The notes: generated from the letters alone by a model not told the origin. DNA of 63,658 bases, filler included, from Dirinaria sp. TL-2023a (GCA_051941275.1; 6 parts of 6 records of this genome joined end to end with filler, not necessarily neighbours in it), one strand, 5' to 3'. Positions 1-13,223 are shown, counted from the first letter of the whole stretch. Program-made: numbers and translations.

Positions 1-610
1 GATAATGGTGAAAAAGCCACCGACGGATCGATGGAGGCATTCTCTTATGAGACATTTGAATAGAATAGCCCTGCGTCAATACTTTTGGTTTTGAGGGATA
101 CGAACCAGACCGCCATCGGTTGACGACCTAAGATCTCGGACATACTATCCGAGGCAATGGATCCAACTACAGTCCCAAGACGATCAAGACTTTCCCTCAG
201 TCTTCTTTTTTTCCACTTTTCAGATCGCCCTTTAGGATCGCTTGACAATTTTCATAAGGCAACCACTCGTTTTAGCAGCTGGAGGCTTACCTTCATTTCG
301 ATATTGTTAATTCTCACCCGAGACACTCAATTCCTTCCTTGTCTCTTCCCACGCTACTCTCTCATCGCTGCTATTTTTACGCTTAATCCGATCATTCGCT
401 ACTAGCTCTAGGGTATAGTCCTCGAGGATCATTGGTAGCGCGGCCATGATTTCGGCCCTGCGCAAATCCGCTACGTTCTTAGCGAATGGAAGTCAGCATT
501 TGTATTCGATTCCTATAATGGATGATGATTACTCAGAAAGACAAGATATCGACGTAAGCTTCGTTGAGATATGTAATACATTCTTCATATTTTCTGCTAA
601 GTCATATATA

Positions 611-2524
611 TCACTGATGATCAGCTTTAATAATATCCGCTGCGCGCTCTGCCACTGCATAGACGCTGGTCTGTATATTTCCTCCCGGAACAGTTGGCAT
701 GATACTTGCATCTACAACCCTCAAGTTCGCCGTGCCATGCACCAGCAAGCGCTCGTTCACTACACCGCCCTGCTCCCTTGGCTTCATGGCGCAAGTGCAA
801 GCCGGATGGTTGTTGGATATGGCTGTTGCTCTCACATAGTCCTTCGCAGATGCTAGATCGTTGATATGACGAGCCGTGGGATGATTCCGCTTCCCGTCGG
901 GCTTGAGGAACGACGCTAGAGGTTCCGTAGCTGCCAGTTTCTCGAGGAATAAAACATAGTGCGCCATTATCTCGACGTCGAGAGGATGTGATAGATATTG
1001 AGGGTCGATCACTGGGGGTTTGGCTGCGTCTGAGGAGTTGATATGGACACTTCCTCGGGACAAAGGATGTAGCAGAGCTACACCAAGGCTCAAAAAGCTT
1101 CCTGGCATGAGATCTTGGAGGAAGTCTTTGGCGTCTGGATCGCTGTGGAGATTGACCTGCGCAGGGAACATGAAGAGGGAACCCGCTGAAGTGCTTTGGC
1201 TTGCCAAGACAGAGCGCACGAATTTCTCGTGCGATGCTCGGTCTTGGTCGTGGTCATCGGGGTTGAGTCCGCGCAAAATATCTTCTAGAGCTGTCGACTT
1301 CGATTTCGGACTCAGTGTATCCGCCAAAGGCAGGAACGCATAGGAACCTATCCCGCCTGCGCAGAGCGGACCCGCTCTCGCAGTTGTGTACATTTGCATT
1401 GCGCCTTGAGTGGCTTCAGGCTCATGCCGCATGAGAGAATCCCCGGTGAAAACCCCATCGATTACTTCGAAACTGATCCCCGTCATGAGATGGTCTTGAA
1501 GGTTCTCGCCCACATTTGGATTTTCAACTATGACGGGTATGTTATTGTCTTCAAGGATCTTTGGGTCGCCGATGCCTGAGAGCTCCAGGATCTTGGGAGA
1601 TTGAAAGGCACCCGCGGCAAGTATCACCTCTCTGCGGGTTGCGATGGTGTGAGTAGCCCCCTGCACACTGACCAGAACGCCTTTAGCCTTCGCTGGACCA
1701 GAAGCCGTAGCTTCGAGGACAATCTTCTGTACCACAGCATTTGTGACCACAGTCAAATTACTACGCCCTGCAGCCGCCGTTAGATATGAATTCGCAGCAT
1801 AGCTTCGGGTTTTTGTCTCCGGATCAACGCTGATGGGATTGCTGTAACCACCGACAGCCTCTCCGGAAAAAGGATCTGTCTGGAGACCGTGCTCCAAAGT
1901 CTTAAATGTCTGGACCCAGGCTTTCGACAAAGGATCTTGAACGACACCTTGAAACGAGGCTTGAATGGGCCCCGAGCTACCGCGAAAATCATTATCCACC
2001 CATTCGAGGCCCAAGTGCTCTTTTGTGTCAGCATCGGACGGCACGTTTAGGGTGTGAAATTTGCGATAGTATGGAATCATCGACTGCCAATTCCACCCAG
2101 CGTTCCCTAAACTCCCCCAGTGGTCGAGATCTGCTTTGGAAGGAGCTATGAAAGCTTCGGCATTGATTGCACTAGATCCACCAAGTACCTTTCCCTGAGG
2201 ATGTCGCACTTTCCGGTGGTTCAAGCTGTCCTGCATAAGGTACCGTTAGCACGCCATAGGATGGATACATGTGGAAGAGCGCATTTCCACCTGGGAAGCT
2301 GTCCTGAAATTCCAGTCGACCTCAGAGCCAAGAACGGCTGACCAGCCTGCGGGTATATTGATCCGAGGGTCCTCAATATGGTTGCCGCCAGCCTCAAGTA
2401 CCAGGACCCGGTAATCTCCAACTTCTGCAAGTCGGCATGCAACAACTAAGCCAGCTGTACCACCGCCTACAATGATATAGTCGTAATCGTCAGAGGGCCA
2501 TGTTGGGGACCGATTAAGATCCAT
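611..2524 (-). CDS. GMC (glucose-methanol-choline) oxidoreductase, 2 exons (2524-2291, 2230-611)
   Basis: N-terminal FAD motif DYIIVGGGTAG..VLEAGG, GKVLGGSSAIN, VGENLQDH, C-terminal NLRVVDAS...GNIQTSVYAVAERAAD; 60-bp GT..AG intron 2290-2231 with GCTAAC branch site joins the two ORFs in frame. Confidence 0.95.
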
Positions 2525-4317
2525 ATTGAAACTCCTGGGAGCTCGAGCTCTGCACTATGGGCAGCCTTTCTGATTCTCCGCGAATAGATCTTACGGAGGG
2601 GAGGAAATGAATAAACTACGAAATCAAGTCTGATGACTGGTCACTACGATACAAATCAGCTTAGCGAAGAGATGATGGTCCCTGCCACCGCGTCAATGTT
2701 CGAGGCGCAGGAAGAGGATCTTATTTCATGGAATATTTGGAAAAGCTTCCATATAAAGCAAGTTATCAACAAGCGTTGCGCGCGGTTTTTTACCCTGCCA
2801 CCGGATATTCGACTCTTGGTAATAAGGCAGCGGAGAAGTGACGTGCGTGAGGCTGCGCTGAATGTCGATCAATCCCGAGACTCTGCATCTTGATGGTATC
2901 AATTACCCCTTTGTGGCATTGTAGGCCTCAAGTCTGGGTAGTCAGAACGGAAGGATCGTGCATGGGGAGCATCGGGATCGCTGCGCTAAGTTAGGTTTCG
3001 CAGTAATCTCCATTTGGGGATGATTTTCCAAATCTGACCAAACCGGTGCCGATACCGTGATCCTTCGAGCACCCGACTTTCAAGTTCCAACGAGCGGATC
3101 CTGCGGAGGCGGTGTCCTTAGAAAGGGCAATGGCGTATCGAGATTTCTGAGTTCGATTCGTCGTATCCAATCAGGGCTTTTCTCCAACCACCGGGGCCAT
3201 TTGTTGCCAAGCATTCACCATAAAGGCACCTAAGGTAGACCGCTACAAGCAAACCGGTACTGAGCCCAGCTCTTAGTCTCCAATCAAGCATCATACTATT
3301 AGTGCTTGTTATAGGTGATACTAGATCTGGTGTTGTTTCAGAGATGCTCAGCCTTATTGCACTCAGCCGCATGGAACGACGCTATTAGGTAAAGCCCTTT
3401 CCAACGGCGACTGCGGCCTACTACAGACTCGTAAGGTAATGAGTGCGCACTTTCGAAGAGTCACATGTCGGCGTTATCGACTCCCAGACTCAGTCTTCGA
3501 AGGATCATAAAACTTCAGTCGAACCGGCATGCCTTGCATGAGCTGAAAGGTAGTTCCGTCATACCCCGCTGGTGATGAGGATTTCGGTCCGCAGACACGC
3601 TCTCGAAAAGGGTGGCAAGGTGAAGACGCGTTGATTGCGACTCCTACCTCTCTCCTGTAAGTTCGGCGCTCCAGGATTACCGGCTCCTTCTTGAATTTCC
3701 TTTCACATCCGCATCCTCGAAAGCCGTTACGGAATGTCCAAGGCGAGCGTGAGTAGCGCCGCTAGTGCGGCTGACTGAGAGCTACCTTACCTCACCAAGC
3801 GTCAGGGCCAATCGGGTCTAGTGTCTTCGGAGAGTGTCTACTAACGGTAGCTGTCTCTATCGGCGCTTAAGTTCTAGAACCTCCAGTCATCGGCATGGAC
3901 CTTTGTCGACTCAATTCTCCAATCATCATCGTGTATATCGTGCATCGCACCAGGCACACCGTCCAGGACTATGATCCAGACAATCCAATCTGCTGCCTAC
4001 GTATCGTCAATCTGTTGTTTTCGAAGCGTACTATGATAGCTGAGGGCGCCGTAACAGGGCTGAAAAAAATCATCGCTAAGTGCTTCTATTTTGATTCCGA
4101 GTCGTCTATCTTGCTCGTCACAGGCTGTGAACCAGCCACACCTGATGAATCCTTCTATTTCGATCAACCCTATGGAAATTTGGGCCGATAGGCCCAGTCG
4201 CCAGATGGTGATGGATCCTGTTCTAATGAAATATGTGACGGAATTCCCTTTTTGCACTCAACAACATCGACACGCAAGAAAATTGATCGAACAGCATACA
4301 GGCGGAGCTCAGGCGTC

Positions 4318-6343
4318 ATGGATCTCCTCGCAGAGGCCGCTAGTCCTCAAATTAAGGTATACGCGGCTATTGGAGCCGGTACAATCTCCTATCTGGCCAT
4401 TTTCAGTCGAGGGGAATGGGATGACAAGGCTCCTGTGCTCTTTGAAGGGATTATACTAATCTTTCTGTCTCTCTTCGCCGTGAATTGGGCTCACGTAAGC
4501 TTCCTTGAGGAGGCATGGAGCATTACATTTGCCATGGTGATGGCTTACGGGGCTTCTATCACTTTGCTTATGAGCATCTATCGTCTCTTTTTCCACAGAC
4601 TTCGAGGCTTCCCAGGCCCACTCCTTGCAGGTGTCTCAAAGCTATGGCACGTAAGTCAGGTTCTTGACTCAAAGAATCACCAGTTCCTGCTGCGTATGCA
4701 ACAGAGCTATGGCGACTTCGTACGCACAGGTTCGTTAGCTCAACTGAATTTTAAACGCTCAGCAGTGATGACTGTGTATTATGACAGGGCCTAACGAAGT
4801 GACAATCTTCAACCCGGATATTTTAGCAGCAATTGACGGTCCCGGTACCAAATGTACCAAACCAGCTTTCTACGATGTACTCCTACCAGAGACCTTGGTG
4901 AACACCACTCGAGAAAAAAAGGCTCATGACCAGAGACGCCGATTGTGGAACACTGCATTCGCCCCTGAGGGTAAGAAATACTTTTGGAACCGTTTGACCA
5001 GTCTGCTAATCACGATTTAAAGCTCTAAGCGGGTATAACAAGAAAATCATCAAGTACGCTGAAAGGTTGAGTGATCAGGTTGCGAAGTCACTTGGTAGAC
5101 CGGCCAATGCATCTGCATTATTCTACGAATTTAGCTTCGACCTGATGGGGGATTTTGCGTTTGCACGAGAGCCAAGTCCCAATGAGTCACTCAACAAGGA
5201 GTGGCATGCCGCTATCGAAGCACTGCAAACTGGAATGGGTCTTCTCGGCCCATTGAGTCCAGTTCCATGGTTGTTACACCTTGGACTGAGACTGACTTGG
5301 ATCCCAATCGTTCGCAATTGGAAAGAAATGATCTCTTTTTGCAAGCGCTGCATGACTGATCGAGTGAAACGAGACGCGATGGAGAAATCGGATGTAAATT
5401 TTGGCTTCTGATAGCTTGTACCCGTTTTACTAACCGTGTCACAGATATCATCTTGGCTGATCGATGGAACTAGTCGGCAAGACATCTCTCAGGACATGCA
5501 AATGCATTGGCTCCATGGAGATGCGATCACAATGGTGATTGCAGGAAGGTTAGTCTGACACTATCCCTGTCCCTTCCTTGCCGTCTTTGTCTAAACCCTC
5601 CCGTCTTATGGATTACTGGTTGAGCCTGACGACCGGCCGTGAAGTGATACTGTTGCGCCGATCTTAGTATTTCTATTCTACCACCTGGCTCTCCACCCCT
5701 CTGAGGCGAAACTCTTGCGCGAGGAACTGAGCAGTACTGGCTCTGAGCTCGATATCAGCTTACTCTCGAACCTTCCTCGACTGAACGCTTTCATAAACGA
5801 AACTTTGCGACTCTTCCCGACCACCCCAACAGGCGGCTACCGTGTGACACCTCCTGAAGGGTTACATGTTGGTGGTCAATTCCTCCCTGGAGGAGTGACT
5901 GTTGTTGCACCTGCTTACAATATTGGTCGACGTAAGTCCTGCACTTGAATCTAAAAACCATGAATCTGAATCTGTTATTTTTATAGAGTCGAGTTGCTTC
6001 GATCGACCAAACGACTTCGTCCCTGAACGATGGCTTAGCCGAACTCATATGGTCCGCAATAAGAAGGCTTTCGTTCCGTTCAAGCAAGGTTAGTCTGCCA
6101 CCCGATGCTACTGCTCTGCATGCAAGTGCTTCTGAATCACACTTAACAGGTCGCCACTCGTGTATCGGCAAGAAGTTGGCTATGGTGGAGTTAAGCGTTG
6201 TACTGGCACTCCTCGTCTCGAAATACGACATTCAGTTTCCGCCGGGTGAAGACGGTTCAGCAGTTATTCAAGACATGAAGGACTGTTTTACAGCGAAACC
6301 GGGTCAATTAACTCTAGTCTTTACTGAGATGCAGAAATCCTAG
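4318..6343 (+). CDS. Cytochrome P450 monooxygenase, about 7 exons, appears intact
   Basis: N-terminal TM segment then LRGFPGP; I-helix IAGS|DT; K-helix INETLR; FVPERW; heme motif PFKQG|RHSCIG; all GT..AG introns preserve frame; stop TAG 6341-6343. Confidence 0.93.
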
Positions 6344-6463
6344 CTTGTACATAGTAGCAGGGCCTATTTATTTAGTACCTATGGGGGACCCTTTGAGTTC
6401 TTCTAAGAATGTAATTCAATCGGCCACTGTTTACTCACAGCTTAAACATCATTACTAATTTCG

Positions 6464-7823
6464 CTAGGATTTATCCGCGCTATTGACAACCGAGTTGATC
6501 TCCCAACCTCGAGTCACTCTAATGTCGCCCGGGCTGATGCCTGCTTCTACGTCTTCAAGATCCCTTTTTCCTCCCTTACTAATGCAAGTATCCGACCCTA
6601 TGTTCATCCGAGATACACCCTCTGTAAGTGGAAGGCCATCGTCCTCGAGCATTTCAAACATCCTTCTATCGGCATCATACCCCTGCTTCACCGAGCTTAC
6701 AGGCTTCTTTGGCCAGTCGCTTGGCGAAGTGTTGCTACTTTTCGATGTTCGACGTGTCCAGGCGAAGGCTTTAGAATTGAACATTTCTTCGAACGCGGGC
6801 TTCAAGACCGGGATGCAAGCATTAACAATACCAAGACAAGGCTCGAGATCTGACCAGATTCCATCATCGACAGCGCTGTAGGAGAGGTCCGTTAGGGAGA
6901 GGTTATGAACAGACACAATACGCAAGATAGTCACAACGCAGATTCTGTAAACGACCGATATATTAGCACAAGATTGTCTTGTCTTGCAACTCTCCCGAGA
7001 GGCGAGGGTTAGAACTCACACTCCACCTATTCCAAAAACCCCCGATATGACGACTTTCTTCGATGTCGGCATCTGTAGTCTCCAGAGCATTGGCATGGGC
7101 ATGATGATGACCATGACGTCGAGAATAAGGTTGATAATCGAAACGCTTAGGTAGGCCGCCGGGAGGTTTACACAGCTACCGTTTACAATCGTCTTGTCCC
7201 AAGTGTAGGCAAAAGGGCTGCAGAGGAAGAACATGCGGATAATAGTGCTGAACCAGTATGCGATGACTAGACCCATACCGATATAAACGATCTGGCGAAA
7301 TCTCGGAACGCGGAAGATCTGAATGTAGAGATGCATGATGGACAATTTGATACAAGAATTTGTCGAAACCCAGAGAGGCTCTGCTGCGAAGTATGCCTAG
7401 GAAGATTAATACTCATACTGAATGCAGCTTTTCACCGATATCGGTTGACTCACCTTGCCTAAACTCAGGATTTGACCAGCTGTCAAGCTTCTCAGATGAT
7501 AACCGACTTTCCCCATCGTCACCGCTGTTCAGAGTATGAGTTTACCGGGCATATCTCAAGGTATTCATGGTGTATCACCTAAGATGAGAGTGATCGTCTC
7601 TGCGATCTCGAAGATCTTCACGATGTCAGCCAGGCATTGCAATCTCTAATGAACTACTTACCAAAGCCGCAACGATGAGATAGTCATTGAGCGACAGGGA
7701 CGCTCGCTTCAAGCGTCTTGCCCATAGTCGCAGGCAAGTCGCAACTGCGGCCAACGGAAGGAAGACTATGCATATTACGATGAGCTTGACTGCTCTTGGG
7801 CTTACACCTGTAGTGTCTTCCAT
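6464..7823 (-). CDS. PTH11-like / SAT4-family (fungal rhodopsin-like domain) integral membrane protein, multi-exon
   Basis: CLRLWARRLKR..LSLNDYLIVAAL, CSPFAYTWDKTI.NGSC, LPMLWRLQM-like PMPMLWRLQMPTSKK, WSDLEPCLGIVNACIP; no CFEM domain visible. Confidence 0.85.
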
Positions 7824-8660
7824 TGGATGCTCGAATGTGGCATATGGTCTGAAGAAGTTTGCGGGTCACAGAGTAACTACAGGATAATGAAGATTCAGGC
7901 AACCAGAAAGTCCATGTACCACCAATCTTTTACGATTGCAGATGTTTCGGAGAGGAGGATTCGTTTATCTCTGGCCATGTCAAAGAGCAGGTGACACCGA
8001 CTTAAAGTTTCGCCCCCGAGCACCGAGAATTAAACATGCACTACTATCACCAACCTTGGCTGAGCTGCATATTCCGGGAATCAGCTGAATAAAGGGTCCG
8101 CGCAGACACGGACGAAGGATCTGGTCAAACTGTCGATACCATGCAAGGTGGGCTTGAAAAATCCTCTCGATACTTTTTTGAGTGGTCTGGAGTGCGGCGG
8201 AGCAATTGCTCAATCCTTATGACGCTAATTCTCCCTAGATCTGCATGTCAGATTACTAGCGCTAAAGTTTATTCAGGACGAAGACTGCAATGCCACCCAT
8301 CACGCATTAAATGCCACAGCATTCATTGGTATCAATGATCGGACGAAAACAAATAGAAACGCGCGTTTGGGCCAGCACTCGGCTTGGTTCGCGCTGCGGC
8401 GACCGTCGGTGGATCTTGCTGTGCTAGCTGAGACTGCGCCCTTCAGGTTCGAGATTCAACGGTGTCCTTCTGAGGCAAAAAATAGCAAAGGCATGAGATT
8501 AAAAGCCTGTGGATAATGGGGATCATGGAGGAAAAGATTTGCACATGGTAATAGTCGCCAACCTCTATCTCGCTATGGCGCTAACCGCTAGGAACTGCTT
8601 CCCTCAAACATCGAAAGTCAAACCCTCGTGGATCAGAAATCAAATATTAAGTTGCCCTGG

Positions 8661-9564
8661 GATGATTCTTGGTCTCAAATCCGCCATCAACACCTGTCTC
8701 TACCATCTGCACACGCTATGGCTTTTTACCAAAAGCGACATCAAGTCGATTCTGGCACCGACCCTTGCGTTCGGCTTCCTCAGCGCTCAGTCCAGCGTCC
8801 TGCTCGTCTCTCCTTCCCTCAGACATGTCCAGCTGCTGAGTCGATTAGGAATGATATTTGCATGGGGCTGGATCAACCTCTTTCTTCTGTGCGTCAACAA
8901 TCAAAGAAAGCCTATCGCAATCGAAGAGGATAGGATCAACAAATCCTGGAGGCCACTCCCGGCGGGCCGCCTGACTAGCCCACAAGCTACGTATCTGATG
9001 CTTGCAGCGCTGCCGCTCGGATGGCTAGTCTCGTCCTGCACGGGAGGATTCTACCAGTTTTTCCTGCTGTTGCTGCTCAATGTCTGGTATAATGACCTTG
9101 GAGGAGGGGAGAACGTCATTTCCCGGAATCTGATCAATGCTATCGGCTTCACGTTGTACAACTCCGCGGCGCTGGATATATTGAGTGGTGGGAAGGCTAG
9201 GTCCTGGGAATCAGCAATCTCCGCCAAATGGCTGATTACTGTCGGTGCTATCGTTCTGGTTACCATACATGTCCAAGATCTACGGGACCAGGAGGGTGAC
9301 CGAGCTAGGAATCGAACTACGATGCCTCTAAAAATTGGAGATTGGCCTTGCAGACTGACGTTAACGGCCGCTATCACTGGCTCCTCTTTCTTCGCCTTGA
9401 GGTTCTGGCATTTTCCCGCCGTCGGTTGCGCGACTGTTGTCCTTCTGTGTTGCCTCTTGGCTCACCGGCTCTTGACCAAGAGATCGGCATGCGAAGACAG
9501 CCGGACTTTCAAGACCTGGAGTCTATGGCTGGTGTCTTTGTACGCTTTGCCGATAGTCGGCTAA
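8661..9564 (+). CDS. UbiA-superfamily membrane prenyltransferase / terpene cyclase (Fma-TC-like); intronless; start uncertain (ATG 8661, ORF open from 8509)
   Basis: YHLHTLWLFTKSDIK N-terminal signature, NQ..EEDRINKSWRPLPAGR (motif I), WYNDLGG, HVQDLRDQEGD (motif II), multiple hydrophobic helices. Confidence 0.85.
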
Positions 9565-10545
9565 AGACAGCGAGAAACATCATAGGGTCATGAATGAGCT
9601 CCAAAAATGGCAAAGGAGCAAGCAGCACAGAAGAAAGTGGTAACATGCAACAAGTAGCCAGTCTACTAGTGAGACGATGAGATCGGATTCTGGCAGAAGA
9701 CAGGAAATCTTAATAGTGGCTCGAGATCCGACTCAGGACCAAGGCGCTCCACCCAGAAATTAGGCTTTGAGTCTCAGCCAGCGTTGAAAGTTTATTCGAA
9801 TATGGAATCTCATCCGAACTGCTCAATGCCGGGAAACCCTCCTTTTACAAGCAGGTTCAGCTATCGAACGCGCTTGCAGGGTGCTTGTTTCAGAGACTTG
9901 GCGAGCACCAGTATCTTTCATTCCGGCCATCCGTGAAAAGACAAGTCGATGGAATGACTATGAATCCATTCTACCGATGAAGAGCTATTTTCCACCCGTC
10001 AAGCCGTCAAAATTGTAAAAAAATATCTTTGGTGGTAAAATGTAAAGCGGGAAGAAGAACACGGTGGAAGTAACAACCAACGTTAAGCAATCAGCATTTA
10101 TTTCAGATGGCACATAAAAAGAAGCAGCTACTGAACAATTTACAGAATAAATTATAAGAAAGAATAAAAATGAATCAAAAAATAATTGAAATTCGTAATC
10201 TTCCACACCTTGCTTCGATAGCGAAATATATCCCTCAAACCAAATCAGCATCTTCAAATACACCTTCTTGAAGCCCCGTCACTGAGAATAAGAGATTAGA
10301 AAATATCCGCACCTAGACCTGTCCAGAATCTAATTCCTATGCTCGTACCTACATCAACCCCAAAAAATCCACGAACCAAGGCCACCATACAAAGTAAATT
10401 CTCACTCTTGATTTGTATCCTATTCAATGTATCAAAAACCCCCTTTCAATCCAATACCGAACTCATTGTGCACATAAAGCAAAATTCCACCAAAAAAAAA
10501 AAAAGATGAAGCTGAGTTGTTGCTCCAAGAGCGCGCGGCAAAACA

Positions 10546-10645
10546 NNNNNNNNNNNNNNNNNNNNNNNNNNNNNNNNNNNNNNNNNNNNTTAATTAATTA
10601 ANNNNNNNNNNNNNNNNNNNNNNNNNNNNNNNNNNNNNNNNNNNN
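10546..10645. other. Artificial contig spacer N44-TTAATTAATTAA-N44
   Basis: Exact 100-bp linker with stop codons in all six frames. Confidence 0.98.
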
Positions 10646-11061
10646 CCTCCTCCACCATGCTCTCCTCGCACCTGACCGAAATCCACCGCTCCGAAGCCTC
10701 CTCGCGGGCCGCGCGCCAAGGCCTCATCGCCGCCTCAATGCGGCTTCCAGCAGGTACAATCCGGAGCAGCACGGGGCCCAGGATGCCCTTCGTCCCTCGC
10801 CTGACGCGCACTATAAAATCGCGGCCCTCCGTGGGACGGACAATTGAGGTGGGTTCGCAGGGTCTGGCGGCGGCTATGATCGCGTTGAATAAGGAGACCA
10901 CGATTAATCGGGTGGCGCATGATCGGATGAAGGGGCGGTTTTTTGAGAGGAAGGGGTTGAGGAAGAAGAGGTTGAAGGCGGAGCGGTGGAGGAAGAGGTT
11001 TAGGGTCGCGTTTGGGGCGACGGTGGATGCGATATTGAGGATGAAGAGGCAGGGGTGGTGA
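10646..11061 (+). CDS. MRP21: Mitochondrial ribosomal protein bS21m, 3' part (5' truncated by contig edge)
   Basis: C-terminal RFFERKGLRKKRLKAERWRKRF...MKRQGW typical of the fungal Ribosomal_S21 domain. Confidence 0.75.
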
Positions 11062-11300
11062 TTTGGGGAGGGGTTGGAAGCTTTTGGTCGCGCAAATAGA
11101 CGGGGATGGGGGGCACTACTTTATTTGTGTAGGCAATGAAGAGCCTACAGGTTTCTCCATCTAAAGGGCTCTATAAGCTTATGTCATTACATCGTTGAAA
11201 ATGTGCATGATTCGTGTCCGAAGAAGCCAGCTCGAAGTCCGTGTCTCTTTATCCTTTTTTCTTTTTTCTTTTTTCTTTCCAGTCCAAGGACCAAACACGT

Positions 11301-13223
11301 TCATCCAGCACCGAAGCCCGGCCAGCTCCGGCCCATCCAATCAACCTCCGTGTCCGTATGCGATGCACACCACGGCATCTCTCCCTCTCTATACTTCACA
11401 AGCGGCAGATCATACGGCATCCTCCAGCCCACCGTCACCTTAGAGCGCAGGACGGCCTCCTCCCCCTCACAATGCGGCATATCCCTCTTAAAAACAGGCA
11501 CCATCTCCGCCTCCTCGCCCCACAAGCCCGGCCACACGACGACTCCAATCTCATAGCTGCAAACCCTCACGTGCCGGTCTTTCGTCGCCGATCCCCAGGC
11601 CTGAGAGCTGAGGTTGGCAGAGGTCAGCATGGCCCAGTCGATCCTCGTCATTGCAGGGTCGCGGAAACGCGTGTACGTCTTGATATGAGGTGCCGCGCGG
11701 CGCCGGCCTGCTTCTTGGATCGCGTTTGTGCTTGCTGATCGGTTGTTGTTGTTGTTGTCGTCGTCGTCTTCGTTGTCCCCGGCCCAGTGGCAGAGCATGG
11801 GCCGGATATAGTCGAGTTGTTTACGCTGCGCAGACGATCGGGTTCGCATGTGGATCGAGCTGCCGGCGGAATAGCCGGTGACGGAACGTCGGATCTCGGA
11901 TGCGGTGGGGAAGATGATTGAGAAGCGAGGGGTTTCTGGTGATGGGCTGGAAGATTGAGAGGTTTGAGCTGCGAGAGGAGAGGTGGATGTGGTGGAAAGA
12001 GTTGGGAAGAAGAAGTCGCGGAGCCATTTCTCGCCAACGGAGGCTACGGAAGAAATTTGAATGACGATCTGAGCTGGTTCTTTGCCTTGAGAATCGGCGT
12101 CTTGACTTGAACCACCATCGTTTTTGTTAAGGTTCTTTGATTTGGAAGATGCTGTCCTATGAACTCCCGAGATGTTGCCTAGTATCCTCGCGAGACCAGG
12201 TAAACCCCATAGATGCTTTGTATTGTGTTGCGACACAATTTCCTGCTTCCTTGGTACGCTCGCAACCAAGGCTCCACGGACAGTACCAAAGTCGTACAGG
12301 CTGAGCTTGGTTGCTAGACTGGCCAGCCTGTTATAGACGCGAACATAAGCTAGTAAATCTTGTTTGAATCTCTTTCCGGATCCGAGAGGGAACAGTGATG
12401 CCGGTGATCCTGTTTCCGAGGCAGGTTCAGAAAGGAGTGGTAGTAAAGGGGATCGCCACAGTGCTTGAGTCATCATCCAGTCTCCGGGTATGAAATTCGC
12501 TGTGAGTATAACAATCCTGCGAGACATCAAACGGGGCAGGGCGTAGAAGAGATTGCATGATTACTCACTGGGCCATATCATCGCGTCTGAAGATGATGAT
12601 CATCTTGCTGTGATGGGTGCCATACATTTCCGGCATGTGCGCGGTAACCGCCTTGACATTACTGTACCTTTTCATGGCCGCCTCAATACCGATTCTATTG
12701 CTGTCCTCACTTTTCCACGAGCCGTGAACAAGCTTGACTTGGACAGCCTCGCGAACGTCTTGGTCGAATTGTCTCCTGTAGCCTTGCTTGTCAGAACCCA
12801 ACAGAGATAGTAGAAGCAAGGAATAGAATAGAGATCGGAGCAGCCAAGGATGTAGAGGCGGAGAACGAACATGATGAAATCTACATCGAAGAGATAGTTG
12901 AAGAGCCAGCATTCTGAGATGAGAGGGTCTCCTAGTAGATCCTTGAGAGTAAGGGTATCAGTGTTGCTTGCAGCAGGAAGAGATGGAATTCGATTGAGCT
13001 GGATGGGCGAAGAAACCGTGCTTGAGTTGATAAGAGCAGTGAATTCCCCGGTCAGAGCACTGGCTGCGTGTAGATTTGGGCTTGTGTGAGTTGAGATCCT
13101 TTTGCTCACAGGTGGGCTTATTGAGCGTTTGGACAGGCTGACGATATCATCGTCGGTGGTTGTGGAACCTGAATCGGCTCTCTGCCGTTTTCGAGGCCGT
13201 TCCCCTTCCGTTGTAGTCTCCAT
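11301..13223 (-). CDS. TDP1: Tyrosyl-DNA phosphodiesterase 1, multi-exon
   Basis: CWLFNYLFDVDF, first HKx motif YGTHHSKMII, second APHIKTY, WAMLTSANLSSQAWG, SYEIGV. Confidence 0.93.

Noticed and set aside
45..405. Short ORFs at the window start as a further cluster gene
   Set aside because: No recognisable motif and no consistent splice model
10590..10601. TTAATTAATTAA as a biological repeat or piggyBac-like TTAA site
   Set aside because: Identical, centred in N-runs five times; it is a six-frame-stop assembly linker
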